From an uncultured Alteromonadaceae bacterium (lineage in GTDB: Bacteria > Pseudomonadota > Gammaproteobacteria > Enterobacterales > Alteromonadaceae): a stretch of DNA of 64,000 nt. The first letter of the stretch is position 1. Each line of letters begins with the position of its first letter. The position numbers and the translations under genes were made by a program. The stretch covers positions 33,872 through 97,871 of the forward strand of contig CANMXU010000015.1 in assembly GCA_947501935.1 (NCBI GenBank). The letters are read 5' to 3'. A model generated the notes under the pieces. The model did no database searches. It was not told the origin of the DNA and saw only the letters and a list, made by a program, of their open reading frames with translations. Of this stretch, positions 31,228 through 41,964 are shown in pieces.

Positions 31228-32070
31228 TTAACCACGTTTCAAATTAATTTCTTCACTTTCGGTTTTTATCGGTACGATTGCTAAAGCGGTATCGTAGCCA
31301 ATTTCAAATAAGTTCTGCTTCTGCTTGCTATCCATAGTAAAGTCAACCGCTGAACAATCTCCTGTGTTAATTATAATGGTATTATGCCAAAACGCTTCGT
31401 TAATATACTCTCTAGAAATTGTAGTCATAAAAGTGCGAATTAACATAGTAACGTAGTTAAAAATTGGAAATAAACCATCTGTTTTTATTTCATCGTATTC
31501 GTGCTCACCTCTTAACCTGAAACATAGTACCGGTGTACCGTTTTTTGCCCAATCTCGATGTAAAGCATCTTCAGACAAAATACTGCCATCAACCATTAAG
31601 TGCTTACCAAAAGATTTAAAGCTAAAAACCAGCGGAATCGACATAGAAAACCGCACTGCTTTTGATACTTTCATGGTTGGCGTATTTTCACTATTAAAGA
31701 TTACTGGCTTACCACTTTTAACATCAGTAGCAACAACATGCAGAGATTTATCCATTTCGATAAAAGTTTTACCTTGCAGCTGATCATCGACCCATCTTTC
31801 AAAAACATCGCCAGAGCTTAAGCCGCCATTACGAATTAACTTAATAAGTGAAAACTGTCTAAATTTGTTGTAATTGGTTTCAAAAGCAGCTTCTTTTATT
31901 TGCTCAATGGTTAAACCCGAAGCATACATACTCGCAATAATACTACCGCCAGATACGCCAACGATATGGTCAAATTCAATAGACAAATCTTTTAACGCTT
32001 TTAATACCCCAATATGAGCAGGTAAACGCGTGCCACCACCAGCTAATATAGGTACCAATTTTTTAGTCAT
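31228..32070 (-). CDS. Patatin-like phospholipase
   Basis: 280 aa with GGGTRLPAHIG, GVSGGS (GxSxG) and DGS catalytic Asp. Confidence 0.9.
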   Translation of the reverse strand: MTKKLVPILAGGGTRLPAHIGVLKALKDLSIEFDHIVGVSGGSIIASMYASGLTIEQIKEAAFETNYNKFRQFSLIKLIRNGGLSSGDVFERWVDDQLQGKTFIEMDKSLHVVATDVKSGKPVIFNSENTPTMKVSKAVRFSMSIPLVFSFKSFGKHLMVDGSILSEDALHRDWAKNGTPVLCFRLRGEHEYDEIKTDGLFPIFNYVTMLIRTFMTTISREYINEAFWHNTIIINTGDCSAVDFTMDSKQKQNLFEIGYDTALAIVPIKTESEEINLKRG

Positions 32071-32237
32071 ATAAACTCCAATTCAACTTTCCATATTATG
32101 GTTTACATTCAGATTTTTAGCGAAATTTTGTTGTAATAAAACTAGCTATATACCCATATTAATCAAGGGATTTAATTGTATTTTTATTACTCAAGGCGCA
32201 AAATAAGTAAACATTAAAATTCATGGAAGCCCTATAA

Positions 32238-33002
32238 ATGCGCTATAGAATTCAATTATTTTCCGTTATATTTTCATTTTTTACCGCCACGTCTAGCGCT
32301 GAACTTGCTGATACTTTGGAGAAAATCAAACCTTCGATAGTAGGTATTGGTACTCATACACCTACTGGTCGTCCGCAAAATTCATTACAAGGTAGTGGCT
32401 TTGTTATTGGTAATGGCCAATATGTAGTGACCAACCACCATGTTATTCCTGAACTATTAGACTCGAGTTTACGCCAGCAAATGGCGGTATTTGTTGGCTC
32501 AGGAAAAAATGCTAAAGTGAGAAAAGCTGAAATAGTGGCTAAATCACAAACCCACGATTTGGCAGTATTAAAAATTCAAGGAGCGCCATTACCCGCGATC
32601 AAATTAGCTTCTGAAGCCTTTATACGCGAAGGCAGCTATGTCGCTTTTACCGGTTTTCCTATTGGGGCTGTACTTGGTTTATATCCAGTTACTCACAGAG
32701 GTATTATCGCTAGCATCACGCCAACTATAGTCCCTGTTAGTAACGCCGAACAAATCAGTATCAAAATGCTCAAGCGTATGAGAAACCCATATTTAGTTTA
32801 TCAGCTTGATGCCACCGCTTATCCAGGGAATAGTGGCAGTGCCATGTATGATATTAAAACGGGAGAAGTGATTGGCGTGATAAACAAAGTTTTTGTGCAA
32901 GAAAGTAAAGAGGCAGTGATCAGTAAACCTAGCGGCATAACCTATGCGATTCCAGTGAAATATTTACATCAATTGCTGAAAAAAACAGGTATTAAGTTTT
33001 AA
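32238..33002 (+). CDS. Secreted trypsin-like serine protease (S1C-like, no PDZ)
   Basis: 254 aa with signal peptide and triad contexts TNHHV, HDLAVLKI, GNSGSA. Confidence 0.85.
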   Translation: MRYRIQLFSVIFSFFTATSSAELADTLEKIKPSIVGIGTHTPTGRPQNSLQGSGFVIGNGQYVVTNHHVIPELLDSSLRQQMAVFVGSGKNAKVRKAEIVAKSQTHDLAVLKIQGAPLPAIKLASEAFIREGSYVAFTGFPIGAVLGLYPVTHRGIIASITPTIVPVSNAEQISIKMLKRMRNPYLVYQLDATAYPGNSGSAMYDIKTGEVIGVINKVFVQESKEAVISKPSGITYAIPVKYLHQLLKKTGIKF

Positions 33003-33024
33003 TAGCAAAACAGTTTTCAAATAT

Positions 33025-33777
33025 TTATTCTGCGCTAATAAGCTCTACGCTTTCAGTATTACCAAGTAAATAAAGTGCAGACAAGGGCACCAATTCAATA
33101 TTGTGCTGCGCTAAGGTGGGTATAAGCTTTTTTAAATAGAGAATGGTTTCAGGATGTGGGTGTGCAATAGCAATTGCCGCTTTATTACTGCTGGCTTGGG
33201 CAATTAATTCATTAAACTGCAGGTTAATGTATTGCTCGGTTAATTGATTGTCTAAAAATACCTGACGATTTCTAACCGGTACGCCAAAATCAAGCGCAGC
33301 TTGCTCAGCTAAAGATTGCGCACTGGTTTTACTGTCTAAAAAAAGTAACTGGTTCTCTTTAAGAAAGCCCATCGTCCATGCCATAGGTTGATAAAGCTTG
33401 GTTAACTTACTGCCCATATGATTATTAATACCTAGAGCAAAAGGGATTTCGGCAAAAGCACTCGTCAAACTGCGATGAATATCAGCTTCATTCATCGCGG
33501 TGGTTAACCCACCAGGCCCTAGTTTTTTACCATTCTCTGCTTCCATCGGAATATGTAAAAAAATATCTTTATGCTGAGCATGCGCTCGTAAAGCCAGTTT
33601 CTTTCCAAAAGGGGTATGCGGTAAAATTGAAAAGGTAACATTACCCGGTAGTTCAAGTGCATGAACATCAGAAGCGCGATAGCCAATATCATCAATTACA
33701 ATAGCGACTTTAGCCGATTGCGCTGACACATAAAAAGCCTGAAGGAAGATAAAAAACAACAAGATAAGTTTAGGCAT
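33025..33777 (-). CDS. yibQ: Divergent polysaccharide deacetylase family protein (YibQ)
   Basis: 250 aa, AIVIDDIGY...LPHTPF...HIPME...NNHMGS. Synteny with envC-gpmM. Confidence 0.85.
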   Translation of the reverse strand: MPKLILLFFIFLQAFYVSAQSAKVAIVIDDIGYRASDVHALELPGNVTFSILPHTPFGKKLALRAHAQHKDIFLHIPMEAENGKKLGPGGLTTAMNEADIHRSLTSAFAEIPFALGINNHMGSKLTKLYQPMAWTMGFLKENQLLFLDSKTSAQSLAEQAALDFGVPVRNRQVFLDNQLTEQYINLQFNELIAQASSNKAAIAIAHPHPETILYLKKLIPTLAQHNIELVPLSALYLLGNTESVELISAE

Positions 33778-33865
33778 GAAGAAGGAAAGTTCTAACGGAA
33801 ATTATGGATAGAGTAACAGTAAGCTTGCAGAAAATCATTCGATATTTAAGCCCAATAGTATTGCT

Positions 33866-35002
33866 TTACTTACACCATAACTTAGGATTTACCGCTTTGC
33901 CTTGGTGGCGAATCTCAAAATATAAACCACTGCGTTGCTGGCCACCACTTTGCCCAACTAAGGCGATAGGTTCACCGGTTTCAACACGGTCGCCGACACT
34001 CTTCAATAAGGTTTGATTATGGCCATAAAGGCTCATATAGCCATTACCGTGATCGATTACCGTCACTAAACCATAACCTTTTAACCAATCAGCAAATAAT
34101 ACCGTACCGTTATGAATAGTTTTAACTTGCTCGCCCATTTTAGCCGCCAGCATAACGCCCTTCCATTTTAAGTAGCCTTGCTTTTGGCTACCAAAACGAT
34201 GGCTAATCCGGCCTTTTACCGGCCAATATAATTTGTTGCGTAACTTGGCTAAGCCTTTAAGGTCAATTTCAGCGCGAGCGGCAGCAGCAAGCTTTGCTAA
34301 CGCCGCCACTAAATTATTTTCTTCAGCTTCCAATTTAGCTAATTGCTGCTGACTGGTGAGTAATTCTTTTTGAAGCGATTGAATGGTTTTTTTACGCGCA
34401 ATTTTAGAGCCTTGCAAGGCGACTTTTTCTTGAGCTTGTTGTTTTTTTAACGATTTTAACTGTTGCTCTTTTTCTTGCTGTTCAGTGGTTACTGCCAATA
34501 AAGCAGTTAAGGTCACTTGAAATTTGTCAATATGGGCAATACGAGCTTTATTTAAATATTCATAATAAGTAACCGTTCGTTGCACATTTGCCGGTTGCTC
34601 TTGATTCAAAATCAGCTTTAAATAATCATGATTACCGCTGGAATAAGCGGCTCGTAATTGCTGAGCAAGTAAGTCTTCTTGCTGTTGTTTTTTTTGTGTT
34701 AATGCGTGTTTTTCTTTAGTTAGCTCGGTAAGTTTTTGTTGAACTGTGATTAAGCTTTTTGCAGTTGCATTAATTGATTTAGCCACTTTAGCAATAGCTA
34801 AATCATCATTTTTTAATTGCTGTTCAAGCTGTTGCCTTTTTTTGCTGACCGATGAAATCGCCAGCTTTTGCTGAGCAATTGCTTTTTGCACAGCGGTTAA
34901 GGCTTTGTTGGGATTTTCTTGCGCCCAAGTTATCGCGGCTAAAAAGTAGCAAATACTACAAATCAGCAAACATAACTTATGGCGCAAAAAATTGATCAAC
35001 AA
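33866..35002 (-). CDS. envC: Murein hydrolase activator EnvC (coiled coil + LytM/M23 domain)
   Basis: 378 aa with TTG start, a long Q/K/L coiled coil and a C-terminal M23-like domain (GYGLVTVIDHGNGYMSLYGHN). Follows gpmM as in E. coli. Confidence 0.85.
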   Translation of the reverse strand: MLINFLRHKLCLLICSICYFLAAITWAQENPNKALTAVQKAIAQQKLAISSVSKKRQQLEQQLKNDDLAIAKVAKSINATAKSLITVQQKLTELTKEKHALTQKKQQQEDLLAQQLRAAYSSGNHDYLKLILNQEQPANVQRTVTYYEYLNKARIAHIDKFQVTLTALLAVTTEQQEKEQQLKSLKKQQAQEKVALQGSKIARKKTIQSLQKELLTSQQQLAKLEAEENNLVAALAKLAAAARAEIDLKGLAKLRNKLYWPVKGRISHRFGSQKQGYLKWKGVMLAAKMGEQVKTIHNGTVLFADWLKGYGLVTVIDHGNGYMSLYGHNQTLLKSVGDRVETGEPIALVGQSGGQQRSGLYFEIRHQGKAVNPKLWCK

Positions 35003-35003
35003 G

Positions 35004-36548
35004 CTAGCTATTTACCTTCATTAACACAGTACCTGTCATTTCTTCTGGCTGTTCCATGCCCATTAAATGCAAAATAGTTGGCGAGATATCACTTAAAGCC
35101 CCCGTTTGAGCAACTGTAGCGTTACGACCAACATAAATTAATGGTACCGGTTCACAGGTATGCGCAGTATGAGCTTGGCCAGAAATAGGGTCAAGCATTT
35201 GCTCAGCATTACCGTGATCTGCGGTGATCAAACATTCGCCACCGGTTTTTTCAAGCGCCGCAACAACACGCCCCATACAGCTGTCAACCGCTTCACAAGC
35301 TTTAACCGCTGCATCTAGTTTGCCGGTGTGACCAACCATGTCACCGTTTGGATAATTACACACAATAAAGTCATGCTCGCCACTTTCAATTGCGGCAACT
35401 AATTTATCAGTTAATAAGCCCGAGTTCATCTCAGGTTGTAAGTCGTAAGTAGCCACTTGTGGCGAAGGCACTAAAATACGCTCTTCACCATTAAAAGTAT
35501 CTTCTTTACCGCCACTGAAAAAGAATGTCACATGCGCATATTTTTCCGTTTCAGAAATACGCAACTGGGTTTTATCATGCTTTTCTAACCATTCACCCAT
35601 CACATTTACTAACGGTTCTGGTGGGTATGCACTTGGTGCATCAATATCAGCAGCAAATTCAGTTAACATAACAAAGTCTGCTAATTGCGGAATACGTTTA
35701 CGGGCAAAACCGTCAAAGTTAGCATCGGTAAAACAGCGGGTGAATTGACGAGCACGATCGGCACGGAAATTCATAAAGACTAAGGCATCACCATCAGCAA
35801 TTTTAATGGTTTCACCAGCGTCATTCAAAATAGCACTAGCTTGTACAAATTCATCATTCTCATCGCGCGCATATGCCGCATTCAGAGCATCTACCGCAGT
35901 AGGGTATTGATAAGCAGCTTCGCCATCAACCATTAAGTTATAAGCATTTTCAACACGATCCCAGCGCTGGTCACGATCCATTGCAAAATAACGACCAACA
36001 ACTGAAGCTACTTGGCCAACACCTAAATCAGCAAATTTTTGCTGAGCTTTGGCTAATGAAGACTCGGCGCTACGTGGTGGCGTATCACGGCCATCTAAAA
36101 AGGCATGTAAATAAATTTTATTAGCACCACGCTTTTTCGCTAAGTCGATCATCGCAAAAATATGTTCTTCATGGCTATGAACACCACCTGGCGACATTAG
36201 GCCAAAAATATGTACCGCTTTGTTTTGGCTTACCGCTTTATCAACCGCTTGGCAAAGCGCAGGATTTTCAAAAAACTCACCATCACTAATCGCTTTAGTA
36301 ATACGGGTAAAGTCTTGATAAACAATACGACCAGCACCTAAGTTAACATGGCCAACTTCAGAATTACCCATTTGACCATCTGGTAAACCTACCGCCATAC
36401 CTGAAGTTTCAATCAGCATATTGGGGTAGTTTGCTTGTAAATTATCAAGTACCGGGGTATTGGCTTGTGAAATGGCGTTGGCATCAGTACTTTCTCGATA
36501 GCCCCATCCGTCTAAAATGATGAGTACGGTCGATTTTTTATTTGGCAT
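35004..36548 (-). CDS. gpmM: 2,3-bisphosphoglycerate-independent phosphoglycerate mutase
   Basis: 514 aa: VLIILDGWG...[14 protein letters not shown]...ADHGNAE. Confidence 0.97.
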   Translation of the reverse strand: MPNKKSTVLIILDGWGYRESTDANAISQANTPVLDNLQANYPNMLIETSGMAVGLPDGQMGNSEVGHVNLGAGRIVYQDFTRITKAISDGEFFENPALCQAVDKAVSQNKAVHIFGLMSPGGVHSHEEHIFAMIDLAKKRGANKIYLHAFLDGRDTPPRSAESSLAKAQQKFADLGVGQVASVVGRYFAMDRDQRWDRVENAYNLMVDGEAAYQYPTAVDALNAAYARDENDEFVQASAILNDAGETIKIADGDALVFMNFRADRARQFTRCFTDANFDGFARKRIPQLADFVMLTEFAADIDAPSAYPPEPLVNVMGEWLEKHDKTQLRISETEKYAHVTFFFSGGKEDTFNGEERILVPSPQVATYDLQPEMNSGLLTDKLVAAIESGEHDFIVCNYPNGDMVGHTGKLDAAVKACEAVDSCMGRVVAALEKTGGECLITADHGNAEQMLDPISGQAHTAHTCEPVPLIYVGRNATVAQTGALSDISPTILHLMGMEQPEEMTGTVLMKVNS

Positions 36549-36763
36549 TACTACTTCCCTTGAAACTTAGTTAGATTATCACCATAAAGTATATCAACTT
36601 CGACCGTTACTTTAAAATGCCGAATTTTTCATTTTCATGCCACTTAGCTATATAGATAACAGATAAATTGTCTTATTCAATTGCTAAACGGTATACTGTG
36701 ACGAAATTTTCGTCGTCCAAAAACGTGACGATTTTACTCTGAATTTATTAAGCGGTAACAAAC

Positions 36764-37192
36764 ATGGAACAATTTATTTTATTCGTCAACAACAACGCCG
36801 TTCTTGCCAGTGCTTGGGCTGCAATTGTTGTGATGATTATCTTCACTACAGTCAAAATTAAAATGTCACCTATTAAACAATTAAGCGCGCAAGAGCTTAC
36901 TTTTTTAGTGAATAGAAAAGAAGGTTTAGTGGTTGATGTTCGTGGTGAAAAAGAATTCAAAGCCAGTCATATTCTTGATGCGAAACACCTACCTTCAGAA
37001 AAAGTGACTAACAATGACTTTGCTAGCCTTGAAAACCATAAAGATAAACCCATCATAGTAGTATGCACTGCTGGTATTACCGCAAGTAAAGTGGCAAATC
37101 AGTTGCTTAAAGCAGGTTTTAGCCAAGTAAATCTACTTAAAGGCGGTATGAATGCTTGGGTTAATGCAAGTATGCCAGTAGCGAAGAAATAA
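36764..37192 (+). CDS. yibN: Rhodanese-like membrane-anchored protein (YibN)
   Basis: 142 aa with an N-terminal TM helix and rhodanese active-site loop VVCTAGITAS. Sits upstream of grxC-secB-gpsA. Confidence 0.85.
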   Translation: MEQFILFVNNNAVLASAWAAIVVMIIFTTVKIKMSPIKQLSAQELTFLVNRKEGLVVDVRGEKEFKASHILDAKHLPSEKVTNNDFASLENHKDKPIIVVCTAGITASKVANQLLKAGFSQVNLLKGGMNAWVNASMPVAKK

Positions 37193-37201
37193 GGTTTAAA
37201 C

Positions 37202-37459
37202 ATGGCAAAAATAGAAATATATACCAAAGCAACATGTTTTTTTTGCCATCGTGCAAAAGCTTTATTAGAGCAAAAGGGCTTAGCTTTTCAAGAATATAAA
37301 ATTGATGCACAGCCTAATTTACGACCAGAAATGATCGAACGAAGCGACGGTGGTTATACGGTTCCACAAATATTTATCAATAACAACCATATTGGTGGTT
37401 GTGACGATATTATGGCCTTAGAATCACAAGGCAAACTTGACCAAATAATTGCTCAATAA
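37202..37459 (+). CDS. grxC: Glutaredoxin 3
   Basis: 85 aa. Active-site motif reads CFFC rather than the usual CPYC, with TVPQIFI..HIGGCDD. Confidence 0.93.
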   Translation: MAKIEIYTKATCFFCHRAKALLEQKGLAFQEYKIDAQPNLRPEMIERSDGGYTVPQIFINNNHIGGCDDIMALESQGKLDQIIAQ

Positions 37460-37551
37460 CAAATAACTAAACAACATAATTTAATATTTTAAAGGTGCAG
37501 TATTCCCTTGAGAAAACAACACTGCATCGCCAAACAATAGGAAAATAAAAA

Positions 37552-38067
37552 ATGGCTGACGAAATTCAAAACGGCGCTACTGAAGGCGCAGAAAACCCAA
37601 CTCCACAATTTGCAATTCAACGTGTTTATACTAAAGATGTTTCTTTTGAAACGCCTAATTCACCTGAAATTTTTCAAAAAGAATGGAAGCCTGAAGTAAA
37701 ATTAGACCTAGACACCCGTTCGGCGAAATTGGCTGATGACACTTATGAAGTAGTATTAGCGGTAACAGTTACAGCTGAAATTGAAGGTAAAACTGCGTTT
37801 TTAGCTGAAGTTCAACAAGCTGGTATTTTCACTATTGGTAACTTACCTGAAGCACAACTAGCTCATACTATTGGTGCTTTTTGTCCAACAACTTTATTCC
37901 CATATGCCCGTGAAACTGTTGCCAACTTAGTTAACCGTGGTTCATTCCCACAACTAAACTTAGCGCCTGTTAACTTTGAAGCTTTATTTGCTTCTTACGT
38001 TCAACAACGTGCAGCTGAAGCAAAAGACAAAGCGGCTCAAGCACCTGCAAGCACAGAAACTCACTAA
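37552..38067 (+). CDS. secB: Protein-export chaperone SecB
   Basis: 171 aa, [17 protein letters not shown]. Confidence 0.97.
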   Translation: MADEIQNGATEGAENPTPQFAIQRVYTKDVSFETPNSPEIFQKEWKPEVKLDLDTRSAKLADDTYEVVLAVTVTAEIEGKTAFLAEVQQAGIFTIGNLPEAQLAHTIGAFCPTTLFPYARETVANLVNRGSFPQLNLAPVNFEALFASYVQQRAAEAKDKAAQAPASTETH

Positions 38068-38070
38068 TTT

Positions 38071-39078
38071 ATGTCAAAGCATTCAGCTAAAATTACGGTA
38101 CTAGGCGCGGGCTCATACGGCACCGCGCTAGCTATTTGTTTGGCTCGTAATAACCATAAAACACTCTTATGGGGCCGCGACAGTGACCATGTGAAAAATA
38201 TGGCAGCCACGCGCAGCAATGAAAAGTATTTACCTAACAGTAGCTTTTCTGACGACTTACACCTAGAAGCCGACCTTGCTACCGCTGTTGCGGCTAGCGA
38301 TATTATTTTAGTGGTGGTGCCAAGCCATGCTTTTGGCAATATGCTCCAGCAAATTAAACCTTTTCTATCACCTAACGCGAAAGTCGCTTGGGCCACCAAA
38401 GGTTTAGATCATGAGTCAGGACGATTGCTACAAGACGTAGCACGTGAAATTTTAGGTGAAAAAGTTAGCTTAGCAGTATTGTCTGGCCCTACCTTTGCCA
38501 AAGAAATGGCGGCAGGTTTACCAACGGCAATCTCTTTATCATCAACCGATGAAAACTTTGTTAGCGAAGTATCTGACTTATTACATTGTGAAAAAACCTT
38601 TCGGGTATACAGCAATAATGACTTTATTGGCGTGCAACTAGGCGGAGCAGTAAAAAATGTTATCGCCATTGGCGCTGGTATGGCTGATGGCATTGGCTTT
38701 GGCGCTAATGCTAGAACCGCTTTAATTACCCGTGGTTTAGCTGAAATGACCCGTTTAGGTGTAGCATTAAACGCTGAGCCTGAAACTTTTATGGGCATGG
38801 CCGGTTTAGGTGATTTGGTACTTACTTGTACTGATAATCAATCTCGCAACCGCCGCTTTGGTTTAGCTTTAGGCAATGGCGTTGGTGTTGAACAAGCGAT
38901 GACTGATATTGGTCAGGTTGTTGAAGGTTACCGTAATACTAAAGAAGTGCACATGTTGGCCCAACGTATGAACGTTGAAATGCCAATTGTTGAACAAGTT
39001 TATCAAGTATTATATTGCGGAAAAAACGCTAAAATTGCCGCTGCTGACTTACTCTCGCGTGAACGAAAATACGAATAA
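38071..39078 (+). CDS. gpsA: NAD(P)H-dependent glycerol-3-phosphate dehydrogenase
   Basis: 335 aa, [12 protein letters not shown]...[12 protein letters not shown]. Confidence 0.97.
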   Translation: MSKHSAKITVLGAGSYGTALAICLARNNHKTLLWGRDSDHVKNMAATRSNEKYLPNSSFSDDLHLEADLATAVAASDIILVVVPSHAFGNMLQQIKPFLSPNAKVAWATKGLDHESGRLLQDVAREILGEKVSLAVLSGPTFAKEMAAGLPTAISLSSTDENFVSEVSDLLHCEKTFRVYSNNDFIGVQLGGAVKNVIAIGAGMADGIGFGANARTALITRGLAEMTRLGVALNAEPETFMGMAGLGDLVLTCTDNQSRNRRFGLALGNGVGVEQAMTDIGQVVEGYRNTKEVHMLAQRMNVEMPIVEQVYQVLYCGKNAKIAAADLLSRERKYE

Positions 39079-39118
39079 GTAGCCATTAATTTTCAGTAGT
39101 AACATAAAAATAAGTCAT

Positions 39119-39157
39119 AAAAAAGCTCAACCATGCTAAGCATCGTTGAGCTTTTTA
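39119..39157. terminator. Bidirectional rho-independent terminator (gpsA / trmL)
   Basis: AAAAAA-GCTCAAC...GTTGAGC-TTTTT. Confidence 0.8.
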
Positions 39158-39196
39158 ATATCTAATCATTGATATTTTTCGTTTCAAAAAAGTAAG

Positions 39197-39661
39197 CTAC
39201 ACTGAACCGGCAAAGTCCAACTGTCGCCATGCTTCATAAACAATTACTGCGGTTGCATTAGATAAATTCATACTGCGACTATCTTTTAACATCGGGATTC
39301 TGATTTTATCTTGCTCAGGAATTTGGTCACGTACCTCATCAGGTAAGCCCGCAGTTTCAGAGCCAAATAATAAATAATCCCCCGCTTTAAAATTAACATC
39401 ACCGTAGTAATTAGTCGCTTTAGTGGTAACGGCTAAAATTCGTTCCGGCTGTTCATTGGCAACAAAGTCGTCAAAACTTGCATGTCTTTTGGTTGCCGCA
39501 AATTCGTGGTAATCAAGCCCTGCTCGGCGTAGTTTTTTATCGTCAAAGTCAAATCCTAACGGCTCAATCAAGTGTAATCTGAAACCTGAATTGGCACATA
39601 AACGAATAATATTACCGGTGTTAGGGGGAATTTGAGGTTGAAATAATACGACGTCTAACAT
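39197..39661 (-). CDS. trmL: tRNA (cytidine/uridine-2'-O-)-methyltransferase TrmL
   Basis: [35 protein letters not shown] start at the ATG at 39661 because the longer ORF begins at a TTG. Confidence 0.93.
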   Translation of the reverse strand: MLDVVLFQPQIPPNTGNIIRLCANSGFRLHLIEPLGFDFDDKKLRRAGLDYHEFAATKRHASFDDFVANEQPERILAVTTKATNYYGDVNFKAGDYLLFGSETAGLPDEVRDQIPEQDKIRIPMLKDSRSMNLSNATAVIVYEAWRQLDFAGSV

Positions 39662-39897
39662 GTGATTAAGCTCTAGTTGAGTTGGGCTGATAATAACCAA
39701 GCATTATACTGAATTTGATTTATAGCCGTTAGTTTAATTATTCTCAATTCAACTAACGGCTATAAATTAACAACCTCACAAGCACTTATTTTCGCTACAC
39801 AATATTTGATCATCTTTTTATCCAGTTTGGTATAATCCTCCATCAACCAATATTGTTAGCATAGCGCTATCGTCAGTGACGCGATTTTTATAATTTT

Positions 39898-40833
39898 ATG
39901 AACCCTGCCCAAACCAATAATACCAAAAAACAAGATTATGTTTTTTTAGTTCGACTTGCCGCCATTGCCGCCAGTAGCACCGCTTTATTATTAGTCATTA
40001 TAAAGTTATATGCTTGGTTTATGACTGATGCCAGCTCGATGCTCGCTTCAGCGACTGACTCAATGCTCGATCTATTTGCTTCAGTTACCAATGTTATTAT
40101 TTTAAGGTATGCCCTTGCTCCTGCCGATGAAGATCATCGTTTTGGGCATGGTAAAGCAGAAAGTTTAGCTGGGTTAGCCCAGTCAGCATTCGTATTAGGC
40201 TCGGCATTTTTACTGTTAATTAACGGTGTTGAGCGCATTTACACACCAAAAGTAATAGAGCATAGCAGTATCGGTATTTGGGTAAGTATTATCGCGATAG
40301 TGCTAACCCTTGCTTTAGTAATATTACAAAAATGGGTGATCAAACAAACCGACTCAGTCGCCATTGGTGCCGATGCTTTACATTATCAGTCAGATTTATT
40401 TTTAAACTTAGGTGTATTAATCGCCTTATTTTTAAGCCAAGGGCCTTGGCTTTATGCCGACGGCATATTCACTGTTGCCGTGGGTTTATATTTACTGTGG
40501 GGCGCAGGACAGATTATCTTTCACAGCGTTGATCATTTAATGGACAAGGAACTAGATGAGTCTGAACTTAAAACCATTAAAGCGTTAGTTTTAAAAAGTA
40601 ACCAAGCCTTAGGCATGCATGACTTAAAAACCCGTAAAGCTGGGCCAATGCGCTTTATTCAGTTTCATTTAGAGCTTGAAGACCAACTGCTGCTTATTGA
40701 TGCCCATCGTATCGGCGATTCAATAGAACAAGAAATTACCGCAGCATTCGCCCCGTGTGAAGTATTAATTCATTTTGATCCCTGCTCAGTTGTCCCCGAA
40801 GAGCTAAACCCCCTATCAACAGAGCCAGATTGA
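39898..40833 (+). CDS. fieF: Cation diffusion facilitator family transporter (FieF/YiiP-like)
   Basis: 311 aa with six TM helices, metal-site DSMLD and HYQSD, and a C-terminal cytoplasmic domain. Confidence 0.88.
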   Translation: MNPAQTNNTKKQDYVFLVRLAAIAASSTALLLVIIKLYAWFMTDASSMLASATDSMLDLFASVTNVIILRYALAPADEDHRFGHGKAESLAGLAQSAFVLGSAFLLLINGVERIYTPKVIEHSSIGIWVSIIAIVLTLALVILQKWVIKQTDSVAIGADALHYQSDLFLNLGVLIALFLSQGPWLYADGIFTVAVGLYLLWGAGQIIFHSVDHLMDKELDESELKTIKALVLKSNQALGMHDLKTRKAGPMRFIQFHLELEDQLLLIDAHRIGDSIEQEITAAFAPCEVLIHFDPCSVVPEELNPLSTEPD

Positions 40834-40891
40834 TAAGGCTATTATCGCAGTTTGTTGAACAAATGTTAGCGCGAATTAAGACCAACTAAAA

Positions 40892-41896
40892 TTAGTGTTT
40901 GGCAAACCAGTCAAGCACTAAAGTAAGTGCTTGCTTACGGTAACAGTCTTTCTCAAATAAAAGTTCATGGCGAGCGCCATCAATAACTGCAGCTTTACCA
41001 TTTGTACATGACTGTGAATGTTGTTGATGTAACTGCTGACAAAAGTCATCTTGAGCACTATTACTAACAATAGTGTCTTCACTGGCTTGCAGCACTATTA
41101 GCGGCGTTGATAAAGCAGGCATATTTTTAAATATTTTAATCCGTACCTGTTCTGCAGCTTTTAGCCATTTAAGGGTTACTCCACCTAATTTCAAGCTTGG
41201 TATTTGTTGATATAACTGAGTAAATATTTGATAGCGCAGCTGAGATTGCATCAAGTGATTTTCAGAAAAGGGCGTTTCTGTATAGTCGCCCTGGCCAATA
41301 AAATACCAGGGGTTGTTACTGAAAATTTGGTTCACTTTGTCAAGACAGCTTACTAAAACATTGGCTAAACTGTGCGGAGTTTTTCCGCTGTTAATAGCTA
41401 TCATTGGCGAGGATAGTACCGCCGCTTGAATTTTTTCAGGATAGCTTTGTAAATATCGACAGCTGATCGCCCCGCCCATAGAATGCGCCAATAAATAGGG
41501 TTTATTCGCTGTGGTTGTTGCGGCTATAACGTGATTATCAATAAAGCTATTTAAGTCATCAACATAGTCTTCGAAACAATCAACATAACCTTTGTGTTTA
41601 TCATCAAGTAAACGCTGCGACAGTCCTTGGCCGCGGTGATCAACAATAAAAACATTAAACTGCTGCTGATGAAATTCATAAGCGAGCTCTTTATATTTTA
41701 AATAACTTTCAACCCGCCCAGGTACAATAACCAAGGTTTTTTCAAAGCCCGAGAAATTAAATTGACAATAATTTATTCGAATATCATTTTTACCGATAAA
41801 GTGAGAAAACAGCCCTTGTTGCCAAAAGCTGTTAAGGGGGTCATCACTTTCTACAGCGAGCCATTGCTCATTGGTGAAAATTTGATTTGCCGGCAT
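40892..41896 (-). CDS. pldB: Lysophospholipase L2-like alpha/beta hydrolase
   Basis: 334 aa with VDHRGQGLS, nucleophile elbow AHSMGG and C-terminal GARHE. Confidence 0.78.
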   Translation of the reverse strand: MPANQIFTNEQWLAVESDDPLNSFWQQGLFSHFIGKNDIRINYCQFNFSGFEKTLVIVPGRVESYLKYKELAYEFHQQQFNVFIVDHRGQGLSQRLLDDKHKGYVDCFEDYVDDLNSFIDNHVIAATTTANKPYLLAHSMGGAISCRYLQSYPEKIQAAVLSSPMIAINSGKTPHSLANVLVSCLDKVNQIFSNNPWYFIGQGDYTETPFSENHLMQSQLRYQIFTQLYQQIPSLKLGGVTLKWLKAAEQVRIKIFKNMPALSTPLIVLQASEDTIVSNSAQDDFCQQLHQQHSQSCTNGKAAVIDGARHELLFEKDCYRKQALTLVLDWFAKH

Positions 41897-41964
41897 ATTT
41901 ATTCCTTTAAGGTCACCACTATTAAATCACCTACAGGCAACGATTTAATAAGACCGTTAACCAA

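Noticed and set aside
36748-36960. 70-aa minus-strand ORF overlapping the yibN start
   Set aside because: It is antisense to the rhodanese gene, which fits the conserved yibN-grxC-secB-gpsA order, and it has no homology features.
38064-38798. Minus-strand ORFs of 111 and 129 aa opposite gpsA
   Set aside because: They are shadow ORFs antisense to a well-supported gpsA.
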